The notes beneath the pieces were generated by a model. That model was given only the letters and a program-made list of their open reading frames with translations. It searched no databases and was not told the origin of the DNA. From an uncultured Candidatus Rokubacteria bacterium (GTDB taxonomy: Bacteria > Methylomirabilota > Methylomirabilia > Rokubacteriales > DASRDR01): DNA of 64,000 nt. Of this stretch, positions 1-8,207 are shown piece after piece. Both the position numbers and the translations under genes were made by a program. Location: NCBI GenBank assembly GCA_963708025.1, contig CAVPSB010000049.1, positions 181,215 to 245,214 of the forward strand. The letters run 5' to 3'. Within the stretch, counting starts at the first letter, position 1, and each line of letters opens with the position of its first letter.

Positions 1-740
1 CTGCTGGACGACCGCGGCGTCGAGCGTCTTGCCGGCCAGGAAGGCCTCGGCCCGCCTGGCCTGGATGGGCGTCGGGCCGACGTTGGTCAGGCCGATGCCG
101 GCCTTCTCGCAGGCGCCCCCCGGCACCGAGGCCAAGCTGGACCGCCACCCCGGCCGTCGCGAAGTCGCCGACCTTCCGCTCCAGTTCGAGGTAGGCGCCG
201 CCGCTCCGCGCCGCCGGGACCGGCACCCGGATCTCGACCAGGATCTCCGCGGGAGCCAGCGCCGTCGCGAACGGACCGGTGAAGAAGCCGCCGATCGGGA
301 TCCGCCGCTCCCCACCCGGCGCCGACCGCCACCACCTCGGCCCCGAGGGCCAGCATGGTGGCGGGGTGATCGTTGGCGGGATCGCCGTGGGCGAGGTTGC
401 CGCCCACCGTGGCCAGGTTCCGCACCAGGGGATCGGCGATGACCCGGCAGGTGTCGAGGAGGATCGGATACCGCGTTCGCACCAGATCCGACTCCTCCAG
501 GTCCGACTCCCGGGTCAGGGCCCCGATCTTCAAGACCCCGTCGGCCTCGGCGAGGGACGCCAGCCCCGGGATCCGGTTGATGTCCACCAGGTGCGCCGGC
601 GTCGCCAGCCGGAGCTTCATCATCGGGATGAGGCTCTGCCCTCCGGAGAGGACCTTCGCGTCGTCACCGAGCCGGGCGAGCAGGGCCGTCGCCTCGGCGA
701 TCGAGGTGGGGACGTGGTAGTCGAACGCGGCAGGAATCAT
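1..740 (-). CDS. Molybdenum hydroxylase FAD-binding medium subunit (CoxM/XdhB-like); runs off the window edge; frameshift near 320
   Basis: MIPAAFDYHVP, LSGGQSLIPMMKLR, VRNLATVGGNLAHGDPANDHPA. After ~320 another frame continues ERRIPIGGFFTGPFATAL...AYLELERKVGDFATAGVAVQL, a typical CoxM C-terminal half. Confidence 0.85.
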
Positions 741-843
741 GATCGCCCTCGCGAGGACATCGTGTTGAGGACCGGCCTGGACATCGGAGCGAGCTTGGCC
801 GGGATACTAGAGGCCATGCGTCCGCTTGTCAAGCGATCTCGGA

Positions 844-872
844 GGGTAAACCCTGAATGGGGTAAACCCTGA
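844..872. promoter_or_regulatory. Tandem GGGTAAACCCTGA direct repeat (16-bp period), candidate transcription-factor operator upstream of the coxM-like gene
   Basis: GGGTAAACCCTGA at 844-856 and 860-872; near-palindromic core in an otherwise GC-rich intergenic region. Confidence 0.4.
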
Positions 873-1124
873 CGTCTGAGTGACCGCGGCGACCGCATCG
901 CGCGGCGCGCGACCGGCGACCCGGAGCGGCGCCAGACCGGCATCCCGGGCTCCTCCAGGGTGGGTGGACGGAAGGCCTCGGTCCCACACCGTCGGCCGGG
1001 GCGCGCGGCCGGTTGGAGGATAGCCACGCGCGACCATCTCGGTCGCGCGGCTCACTCCAAATCATCGCCGGGAGGCGCTGCCTCCGACTGTCTTATTCGA
1101 CACTTCCCCGCAAGGGGCTCCCGG

Positions 1125-1140
1125 TGGCACCGGACATGCT
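1125..1140 (+). promoter_or_regulatory. Sigma-54 (-24/-12) promoter candidate
   Basis: TGGCAC-CGGAC-ATGCT has the exact GG-N10-GC spacing and lies upstream of an ATG with an AGGAG RBS at 1277. Confidence 0.5.
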
Positions 1141-1276
1141 TCTCCTTGCCGGCACTGGACAGGCGCAGGTCTGCCCGACCTGCCGGCGTGAACGAGCCGC
1201 TCGGGTGACAACGCGCCTCGCCGACCGTTGGTCGGGGTGGATGGGGAAGGAGGTCGGGTAAGGAAGGGAGGAGACC

Positions 1277-1562
1277 ATGCTTGGACTGGTGCTGGCACTC
1301 TCCGTCCTGGTTCGCCTGGATCTCCCCGAGGTCGTCATCTTCGTCGCACGCCGGTACCCGGGTGGAAAACCCGGAGGCCTTCGCCGCCAGCGCAGCGTGC
1401 CCTGCCCTGACCGGCCAGGCAGTCCCGCTGCCCGTCCCATTCGTCATCCAGTGGTTCAAGCGCCAGGGCGAGGGGAACGGGGAGGTTCCGGATACCTCCC
1501 GCCGCCTGACCGGGCTCTTGACCCAGTGCACGCTCCCCGTCGCGCAGGGGCCGCCGACCTGA
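1277..1562 (+). CDS. Small hypothetical, possibly exported protein (probable frameshift near 1345)
   Basis: Strong RBS (GGAGGAGACC-ATG), hydrophobic N-terminus MLGLVLALSVLV; plausible continuation in the 1281..1562 frame (VENPEAFAASAACPAL...LTQCTLPV). Confidence 0.35.
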
Positions 1563-1671
1563 CCGCGCCCCCAACGTCTCCGCGCGCCGGATCGAATCGC
1601 GAGGACACCCTCGCGCTCCGAGGGGATCATCGCGTCCGACGAGGCCCCGCCACCGCCACTCCGCGACCGCC

Positions 1672-1701
1672 TTGCCGCGCCTTCGCGGTCTGCGCTATCG
1701 T
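1672..1701 (+). promoter_or_regulatory. Sigma-70-type promoter candidate for the BMP ABC operon
   Basis: TTGCCG (1672-1677), 18-nt spacer, TATCGT (1696-1701). Confidence 0.3.
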
Positions 1702-1813
1702 GTGAGCACACGCGAGATCGAGGACGTCCGGCGGCCACCACGACACGGGATTCGTGGGTCGGCACCGTGCCGGGACGGGCTCACCATCGAACGACCGCAG
1801 GGAGGATCGCGTC

Positions 1814-2929
1814 ATGACACGGCGAGGCGGGAAGCTCGGAGGTCTCCTGGCGGCGCTCCTCCTCGGGCTGCTCGGCGGCTCGGCGGACGTGGGCGCCCAG
1901 GCCCAGCCGGCGATGAAGCCGCAGCCGAAGGTCCGGGCGGCCTTCATCTACGTGTCGCCGGTGGGCGACGGCGGCTGGACCTTCGCCCACGACCAGGCCC
2001 GGAAGGCGACCGAGAAGGCGATGGGCGACGTCCTCTCCACGGCCTACTCGGAGGGCGTGCCCGAGGGCGCGCAGGCCGAGCAGGTGATCGAGCGCTACGT
2101 CCGCCAGGGCTTCAACCTGATCTTCACGACGAGCTTCGGCTACATGGACCCCACCCTGGCGGTCGCCCAGCGTCACCCCGAGGCCGTCTTCATGCACTGC
2201 TCGGGCTTCAAGACCGCCCCGAACATGGGGACCTACTTCGGGCGCATGTACCAGGCCCGCTACCTGTCGGGGCTCGTCGCGGGGAAGATGACCCGGAGCA
2301 ACATCATCGGGTACGTCGCGGCCCACCCCATCCCCGAGGTGATCCGGGGGATCGACGCCTTCACCCTCGGGGTGCGCGCGGCCAACCCGGCGGCCCGGGT
2401 CCACGTCGTCTGGACGAACACGTGGTACGACCCGCCCAAGGAGCGAGAGGCGGCCGAGAGCCTGCTCGACATCAACGCCGACGTCATCGCCCAGCACCAG
2501 GACACCCCGGGACCCCAGCAGGCGGCCGAGAAGCGGGGGCGGTACTCCGTCGGCTACAACTCGGACATGCGCGCCTTCGCGCCGAAGGCCCACCTGACCG
2601 CGCCGATCTGGCACTGGGAGAAGATCTACACGGAGATCGTCAAGCAGGTGAACCAGGGCACCTGGACGAGCGCCCAGCTCTGGCCCGGGCTGGACTCGGG
2701 CGTCGTGGACCTGGCGCCCTTCAACCCGGCGGTCCCGGCCGATGTGCGGAAGCTGGTCGAGGAGAAGAAGGCCGAGATCATCGCCAAGCGCTGGGACGTC
2801 TTCACCGGGCCGATCAAGGACCAGGAGGGCAGGGTCGTCGTCGAGACCGGCCGCCGCATGACCGACCCCGAGATGCTGTCGATGAGCTTCTTCGTGGAAG
2901 GCGTGGTGGGCAGCCTCCCCAAGAAGTGA
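1814..2929 (+). CDS. BMP-family ABC transporter substrate-binding protein (purine/nucleoside)
   Basis: RBS GGAGG before ATG 1814; signal peptide; FIYVSPVGDGGWTFAHDQAR, IFTTSFGYMDP, WTNTWYDPPKE motifs. Confidence 0.92.
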   Translation: MTRRGGKLGGLLAALLLGLLGGSADVGAQAQPAMKPQPKVRAAFIYVSPVGDGGWTFAHDQARKATEKAMGDVLSTAYSEGVPEGAQAEQVIERYVRQGFNLIFTTSFGYMDPTLAVAQRHPEAVFMHCSGFKTAPNMGTYFGRMYQARYLSGLVAGKMTRSNIIGYVAAHPIPEVIRGIDAFTLGVRAANPAARVHVVWTNTWYDPPKEREAAESLLDINADVIAQHQDTPGPQQAAEKRGRYSVGYNSDMRAFAPKAHLTAPIWHWEKIYTEIVKQVNQGTWTSAQLWPGLDSGVVDLAPFNPAVPADVRKLVEEKKAEIIAKRWDVFTGPIKDQEGRVVVETGRRMTDPEMLSMSFFVEGVVGSLPKK

Positions 2930-4488
2930 CCGGGGCGGCCCCCGCCGTCGCTCTCAGCGGGATCCGCAAGTCCTTTCCCGGGGTCCGCGCCAACGACGGC
3001 GTGGACCTGGAGGTCCGGGACGGCGAGGTCCACGCGCTGCTCGGCGAGAACGGCGCCGGCAAGACGACGCTGACCAGCATCCTGGTGGGGTTGTACCAGC
3101 CGGATGCGGGGACCATCCGGGTGGACGGGCGGGTCGTCGAGCTTCGCTCGCCCCGAGACGCCTACCGCCACGGCATCGGCATGGTGCACCAGCACTTCCG
3201 CCTGGTGCCGTCCTTCACCGTCGCCGAGAACGTGCTCCTCGGCCTGGCCGCCGGGCGGCGCCCGGGGTGGCGCCTGCGGATCCGCGACCATCGAGTCCAC
3301 GTGGCGGAGGTCGCCCGGCAGTTCGATCTGCCCGTCGACGTTGACGCCCCGGTGTGGCAGCTCTCGGTCGGCCAGCAGCAGCGCGTCGAGATCGTGAAGA
3401 TGCTCTACCGCGGCGTTCGGGTGCTGATCCTCGACGAGCCCACCGCCGCCCTGACCCCACAGGAGGCGCGCGCGCTCTTCGTGACGCTCCGGGCCATGGC
3501 GGCCCAGGGCCGGGCGGTCGTCTTCATCTCCCACAAGCTCGACGAGGTGATGTCGGTGGCCGACCGGATCTCGGTGATGCGCCGGGGACGGCGAGTGGCC
3601 ACGCTCCGGCCCGCCGAGACGGATCCCCGCCGGCTCGCCGCGCTGATGATCGGCGGCGACCTCGAGGACGCCGAGTCCCCGCGCGCGGCGCCGCCGACCG
3701 CGCCGGCGGCGTCCGGGCCGCCCGCGCTGGCGTGCGAGGGGCTCTGGGTCGCGGGCGATCACGGCCGGCCCGCCGTTCGGGGGGTGACCCTGGCGGTCCA
3801 CGCCGGCGAGACGGTCGGGATCGCCGGGGTCGCCGGCAACGGCCAGCGCGAGCTGGCCGAGGCGCTGGCCGGCATGCGCGCGGTGATCCGGGGTCGCATC
3901 ACGCTCGACGGGCGCGACATCACCACGCTGCCGGTCCGGGCGCGGATCGAGCGCGGTCTGGGCTACCTGCCCGGCGATCGTCGCCGGGTCGGGATGGCGC
4001 CCGACCTCTCCGTCGCCCAGAACCTGGCGCTGAAATCGTTCCGGCAGCCGCGCTTCGGCTCTGCGCTGTGGCAGGACCGCGGCGCCGTTCGACGCGAGGC
4101 CACCCGACTCATGGCGGAGTTCCGGATCACCGGCGCCGGGCCCGACGCCCCGGTCGGCGTCCTCTCGGGCGGTAACCTGCAAAAGGTGCTGCTGGCGCGC
4201 GAGCTGACCCTGCCCGGGCACGCGCTGGTCGCCGAGTCCCCAACCCGGGGGCTGGACGTGGGCGCCACCCGCTTCGTGCACGACGCGCTCCGCGCGGCGG
4301 CCCGCGCCGGCCGGGCCATCCTGCTCGTCTCCGAGGACCTGGACGAGCTGCTCCTGCTCTCGGACCGGGTCGCGGTGATGTTCGGCGGCGAGCTGATGGG
4401 GGTGCTCGCCGCGGCGTCGGCCTCCCGCGAGCAGCTCGGCCTCCTGATGGCCGGCACCCGCGCCGAGCCAGCGTCCGAGCTCCCATGA
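2926..4488 (+). CDS. ABC transporter ATP-binding protein, two NBDs (nucleoside/sugar type)
   Basis: GTG overlaps the upstream TGA; GENGAGKTT, LSVGQQQRVEI, LILDEPT, LSGGNLQKV. Confidence 0.93.
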   Translation: MTGAAPAVALSGIRKSFPGVRANDGVDLEVRDGEVHALLGENGAGKTTLTSILVGLYQPDAGTIRVDGRVVELRSPRDAYRHGIGMVHQHFRLVPSFTVAENVLLGLAAGRRPGWRLRIRDHRVHVAEVARQFDLPVDVDAPVWQLSVGQQQRVEIVKMLYRGVRVLILDEPTAALTPQEARALFVTLRAMAAQGRAVVFISHKLDEVMSVADRISVMRRGRRVATLRPAETDPRRLAALMIGGDLEDAESPRAAPPTAPAASGPPALACEGLWVAGDHGRPAVRGVTLAVHAGETVGIAGVAGNGQRELAEALAGMRAVIRGRITLDGRDITTLPVRARIERGLGYLPGDRRRVGMAPDLSVAQNLALKSFRQPRFGSALWQDRGAVRREATRLMAEFRITGAGPDAPVGVLSGGNLQKVLLARELTLPGHALVAESPTRGLDVGATRFVHDALRAAARAGRAILLVSEDLDELLLLSDRVAVMFGGELMGVLAAASASREQLGLLMAGTRAEPASELP

Positions 4489-4527
4489 GGCAATCGCCTG
4501 GCTCGGGCAGCGTGGATCTGTCGGGGG

Positions 4528-4578
4528 CCGGCTCCCCTCCCCCCGGCAGGTGGGGAGGGGTCGGGGGTGGGGGGGGTC
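4528..4578 (+). repeat. C-rich/G-rich hairpin repeat (family B, copy 1)
   Basis: CCGGCTCCCCTCCCCCCGGCAGGTGGGGAGGGGTCGGGGGTGGGGGGG; similar to 36631-36688 and, inverted, to 37671-37752. Confidence 0.7.
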
Positions 4579-4582
4579 TCGA

Positions 4583-5719
4583 ATGATCCGGGTCCAGCCC
4601 CGGCTGGCGGCGTCGGCCCGGCACCTGGGGCTGGTGTGGCTCGCCTCGCTCGCCTGCGCCCTCGGGGTCGGCGCGCTCCTGCTCGCCGCGGCCGGCGTCC
4701 CGCCGCTTCCCGCCTACGCGGAGATGCTCGGGGAGGCCTTCGCAACCCGATACGGGTTCTCCGAGACCCTCGTCAAGGCGACGCCGCTCCTCCTCTGTGG
4801 GCTCGGGCTCGGGCTGGCGTTCCGGATGGGCTTCTGGAACATCGGCGCCGAGGGCCAGCTCTACCTGGGCGCCGCGGCCGCGACCGCGGTCGCCGCCTGG
4901 CCGCTGCCGGTGGAGACGGCGTGGCTGCGCCTGCCGTGCATGGCGGCCGCCGCCCTGCTCGCCGGCGCCGCCTGGGGGCTCGTGCCCGCGCTGCTCAAGC
5001 TCGGCCGCCAGGTCAACGAGATCGTCTCGAGCCTCCTCCTCAACTACGTCGCGATCGCCCTCGTCGGCTACCTCGTCTATGGCCCCTGGAAGGACCCGGC
5101 CTCCTCCAACTTCCCGATGACCGCGGTGATCTCGCCCTCGGCGCGCCTGCCGCGCTTCAGCGACCTCCGCGTCAACGCGGGCCTGGCGCTCGCGCTGGCG
5201 GCGCTCGCGCTGGTCTACATCCTCCAGGAGCGAAGCCGCCTGGGATTCGCGATCCGCGTCATCGGGAGCAACCCCACCGCCGCCCGGTACGCCGGCCTCG
5301 ACGTGGCCCGCACGACGCTCGTCGCGGTGGCGCTGAGCGGCGGGCTGGCCGGCCTGGCCGGCCTGGTGGAGGTGGCGGGGCTCCAGCACCGGCTGATCCC
5401 CGCCCTCTCGCCGGGCTACGGCTACACGGCGATCATCGTCGCCTGGCTCGGGCGGCTCCACCCGGTGGGCATCGGGCTCGCCGCCGTTCTCCTCGGCGGG
5501 CTCTTCTCCGGGGGCGAGGTGCTCCAGATCATGCGGCAGCTCCCGGTCTCGGTCGTGTTCATGTTCCAGGGCCTGCTCCTGCTCGCCTTCCTCGCCGGCG
5601 ACCTCTTCACCCGGTACCGGGTCACGTGGCGGCCGGCCGCCGCCCTCCCGGTCGGGGACCCTGCCGTCCCGGCGCCGAAGGAGATGGCGCCGGAAGCGCC
5701 GGTCCCGCCGGAGCGGTGA
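4583..5719 (+). CDS. ABC transporter permease (BPD_transp_2, nucleoside type)
   Basis: FWNIGAEGQLYLG, VNEIVSSLLLNY, GYGYTAIIVAWLG; multiple TM helices. Confidence 0.92.
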   Translation: MIRVQPRLAASARHLGLVWLASLACALGVGALLLAAAGVPPLPAYAEMLGEAFATRYGFSETLVKATPLLLCGLGLGLAFRMGFWNIGAEGQLYLGAAAATAVAAWPLPVETAWLRLPCMAAAALLAGAAWGLVPALLKLGRQVNEIVSSLLLNYVAIALVGYLVYGPWKDPASSNFPMTAVISPSARLPRFSDLRVNAGLALALAALALVYILQERSRLGFAIRVIGSNPTAARYAGLDVARTTLVAVALSGGLAGLAGLVEVAGLQHRLIPALSPGYGYTAIIVAWLGRLHPVGIGLAAVLLGGLFSGGEVLQIMRQLPVSVVFMFQGLLLLAFLAGDLFTRYRVTWRPAAALPVGDPAVPAPKEMAPEAPVPPER

Positions 5720-5732
5720 GCCGGGAGCCCGA

Positions 5733-6665
5733 GTGGACATCCTCCTGGTGACCTCCATCGTCACCGCGGCGGTCCGCGCCGGCACGGCGCTCCTCCTACC
5801 GGCGCTCGGCGAGATCGTGACCGAGCGGGCCGGCGTGCTCAACCTGGGGCTGGAGGGGCTGATGCTGGTGGGCGCGCTCACCGGCTTCGCGGTCACGCTC
5901 GGCTCGGGCAGCGTGGTGGGCGGCCTCCTGGCCGCCGCGGCCGCCGGCGGGCTCCTGGCCCTCGTGCACGCCGTCTCGAGCGTCACCCTCCGCGCCAACC
6001 AGGTCGTGTCCGGGCTGGCGCTCGTGTTCCTCGCGACGGGCGTGACCGACCTCTTCGGCCGGCGCTTCGTCGGCCAGACCGTCGAGGGGCTGGCGCCCCT
6101 GCCGGTGCCCCTCCTCGCCGACCTACCCGTGCTCGGCCCGGCGCTCTTCCGCCACGACGCCATCGTGTACGCCGGGTACCTGCTCGTGCCCGCGCTCTGG
6201 TACGTGCTCTACCACACCCGCGTCGGGCTCCATCTCCGCGCGGTGGGCGAGAGCCCGGAGACGGCGGACGCGATGGGGGTCTCGGTCGCCGCCACCCGGT
6301 ACGGGGCGACGCTCGTCGGCGGGATGCTGGCCGGTCTCGGCGGGGCGTACCTGTCGGTCGGCTACACGCACCTCTGGGTCTCCCAGATGAGCGCGGGCCG
6401 CGGCTGGATCGCGCTGGCGCTCGTGATCTTCGCCGGCTGGAACCCCGTGCGAGCGTTCTTCGGCGCGGTCCTCTTCGGCGGGGTGGACGCCCTCCAGTTC
6501 CGCTTGCAGGCGGCCGGCTCCCCCGTGCCCGGCCATCTGCTGCTCATGCTTCCCTACCTGGCCACCCTGACCGTGCTGGCGCTCGCCTCGACTGCCCACG
6601 CGCGCCGGCGCCTCGGCGTGCCTTCGGCGCTGGGGCTCCCTTACGCCCGCGAAGAACGCCGATGA
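5733..6665 (+). CDS. ABC transporter permease (nucleoside type)
   Basis: ERAGVLNLGLEGLML, LRAVGESPETADAMG, AGRGWIALALVIF. Confidence 0.92.
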   Translation: MDILLVTSIVTAAVRAGTALLLPALGEIVTERAGVLNLGLEGLMLVGALTGFAVTLGSGSVVGGLLAAAAAGGLLALVHAVSSVTLRANQVVSGLALVFLATGVTDLFGRRFVGQTVEGLAPLPVPLLADLPVLGPALFRHDAIVYAGYLLVPALWYVLYHTRVGLHLRAVGESPETADAMGVSVAATRYGATLVGGMLAGLGGAYLSVGYTHLWVSQMSAGRGWIALALVIFAGWNPVRAFFGAVLFGGVDALQFRLQAAGSPVPGHLLLMLPYLATLTVLALASTAHARRRLGVPSALGLPYAREERR

Positions 6666-6667
6666 GC

Positions 6668-6935
6668 GGGCGGGGCCGATGAGCGTCGCAACGTCGATCT
6701 CGGTCGGGACGCGCTCGGCCTTCGGCGATCGGACGGCCTTCGGCCTGTGGGCGTCCGTCCCGACCTATGGTTGTCGTTCGGACGGCCTTCGGCCTATGGG
6801 GTCGTGGCCGATCCTCGGCGTACTCGGAGTACGCCTGCGGTCGGCGCCTCCCTGCGTCCATTGGACGGCCTTCGGCCTGTGGGCGCTGCTCGCTCCTCGA
6901 CCCCGCCCCCGCCCCCGCGAACTTGACTCATCGGC
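6668..6935 (+). repeat. Structured intergenic repeat (family A, copy 1) with three GGACGGCCTTCGGCCT(G/A)TGGG modules
   Basis: Outer inverted repeat 6668-6685/6891-6908; inner hairpin GGCGTAC-TCGGA-GTACGCC 6817-6835; homologous to 54695-54862 (minus) and 31212-31358. Confidence 0.85.
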
Positions 6936-6993
6936 TACGACTTTGATACGCCACAGAACCGAGAACGACGCCAGTCACCTGAAGAGGTGAGGA

Positions 6994-8178
6994 ATGGACC
7001 CGACCGTCACCGAGTGGCTCAACCTCGCGCTCCGCTGGTTCCACGTGATCGCCGCCATGGCCTGGATCGGCACCTCGCTCCACTTCATGTGGCTCGACAG
7101 CGCGCTCGAGCCGCCCGCGAAGCCGCGCGAGGGTCTCGAAGGCGAGCTGTGGATGGTCCACAGCGGCGGGTTCTACCTCGTGGAGAAGCTCAAGCCCGGC
7201 CCGAACGCAATGCCGGCAACCCTGCACTGGTTCAAGTGGGAAGCCCTGCTGACCCTGGTCAGCGGTGTCAGCCTGCTCGGCGTCGCCTACTACCTGAGCG
7301 GCGGCGGCGCCCTGGTCGAGTCGGGCGGCGCGCGCCTCGGCGCCGGCACCGGGACCGCCCTCGCCCTCGGGCTCCTCGCCGCCGCCTGGCTCGGCTACGA
7401 CCTCCTCTGGAACTCGCCGGTCGGCCGGCACCCGACGCTCGCCGCGGTCCTGTCGTGCACCGTCCTGGTGGCGATCGCCTTCGGCCTCGGCCGCGTCATG
7501 AGCGGCCGCGCGACCTTCGTCCACGTCGGCGCGATCCTCGGCACCCTGATGACGGCGAATGTCTGGATGCGGATCCTGCCCGCCCAGCGGGAGATGATCG
7601 CGGCGAGCCGGGCGGGCCGGATGCCGGACTTCACACTCGGCGCCCGTGCCAAGGTCCGCTCGGTCCATAACAGCTACATGACATTCCCGGTCGTCATCCT
7701 CATGCTCAGCAACCATTACCCAAGCCTGTACGGACACGAGCTGAACTGGGTCGCGCTCGCCCTCCTCCTCGTGCTGGGGGCCGGGATCCGGCACGCCATG
7801 ATCGCCTGGGACCGCTCGGGGCGCTGGGCGCTGGCGCCGGCGGCGGCCGCGCTGGCGGCGCTGGTCGTCATGACGGCCCCGGCAGCGTCCCACCCCGGGG
7901 CGGCGGCCGGCGAGCGGGTCTCGTTCGCCGCCGTCCGGGTCGTCCTCAACCAGCGCTGCCTGGGCTGCCACTCGGCGTTCCCCTCCGACCGGAGCTTCGG
8001 GCTCGCTCCCGGCGGCGTGAGCTTCGACGTCCCCGACCGCATCCCGGCGTTCGCCGAGCGGATCAAGCTCCGCGCCGTCGTCTCCCAGACGATGCCGCTC
8101 GCGAACAAGACCGGGATGACGACCGACGAGCGCGCGCTCCTCGCGCGCTGGATCGACCAGGGCGCCCGCCTGGAGTAG
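6994..8178 (+). CDS. puuD: Urate hydroxylase PuuD (membrane urate oxidase with C-terminal cytochrome c)
   Basis: WFHVIAAMAWIGTSLHF, LWMVHSGGFY, LHWFKWEA, RSVHNSYMTFPV, MLSNHYP; heme motif CLGCH; MPLANKTGMT; follows a purine transporter. Confidence 0.9.
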   Translation: MDPTVTEWLNLALRWFHVIAAMAWIGTSLHFMWLDSALEPPAKPREGLEGELWMVHSGGFYLVEKLKPGPNAMPATLHWFKWEALLTLVSGVSLLGVAYYLSGGGALVESGGARLGAGTGTALALGLLAAAWLGYDLLWNSPVGRHPTLAAVLSCTVLVAIAFGLGRVMSGRATFVHVGAILGTLMTANVWMRILPAQREMIAASRAGRMPDFTLGARAKVRSVHNSYMTFPVVILMLSNHYPSLYGHELNWVALALLLVLGAGIRHAMIAWDRSGRWALAPAAAALAALVVMTAPAASHPGAAAGERVSFAAVRVVLNQRCLGCHSAFPSDRSFGLAPGGVSFDVPDRIPAFAERIKLRAVVSQTMPLANKTGMTTDERALLARWIDQGARLE

Positions 8179-8207
8179 CCGGGCCGACCGGTGGTACCCT
8201 CCGGCAA

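Noticed and set aside
6716-6883. Three spaced ~21-bp palindromic repeats considered as a mini-CRISPR
   Set aside because: Irregular spacing (49 and 83 bp); the intervening sequence is itself conserved in other copies of the element; no cas genes.
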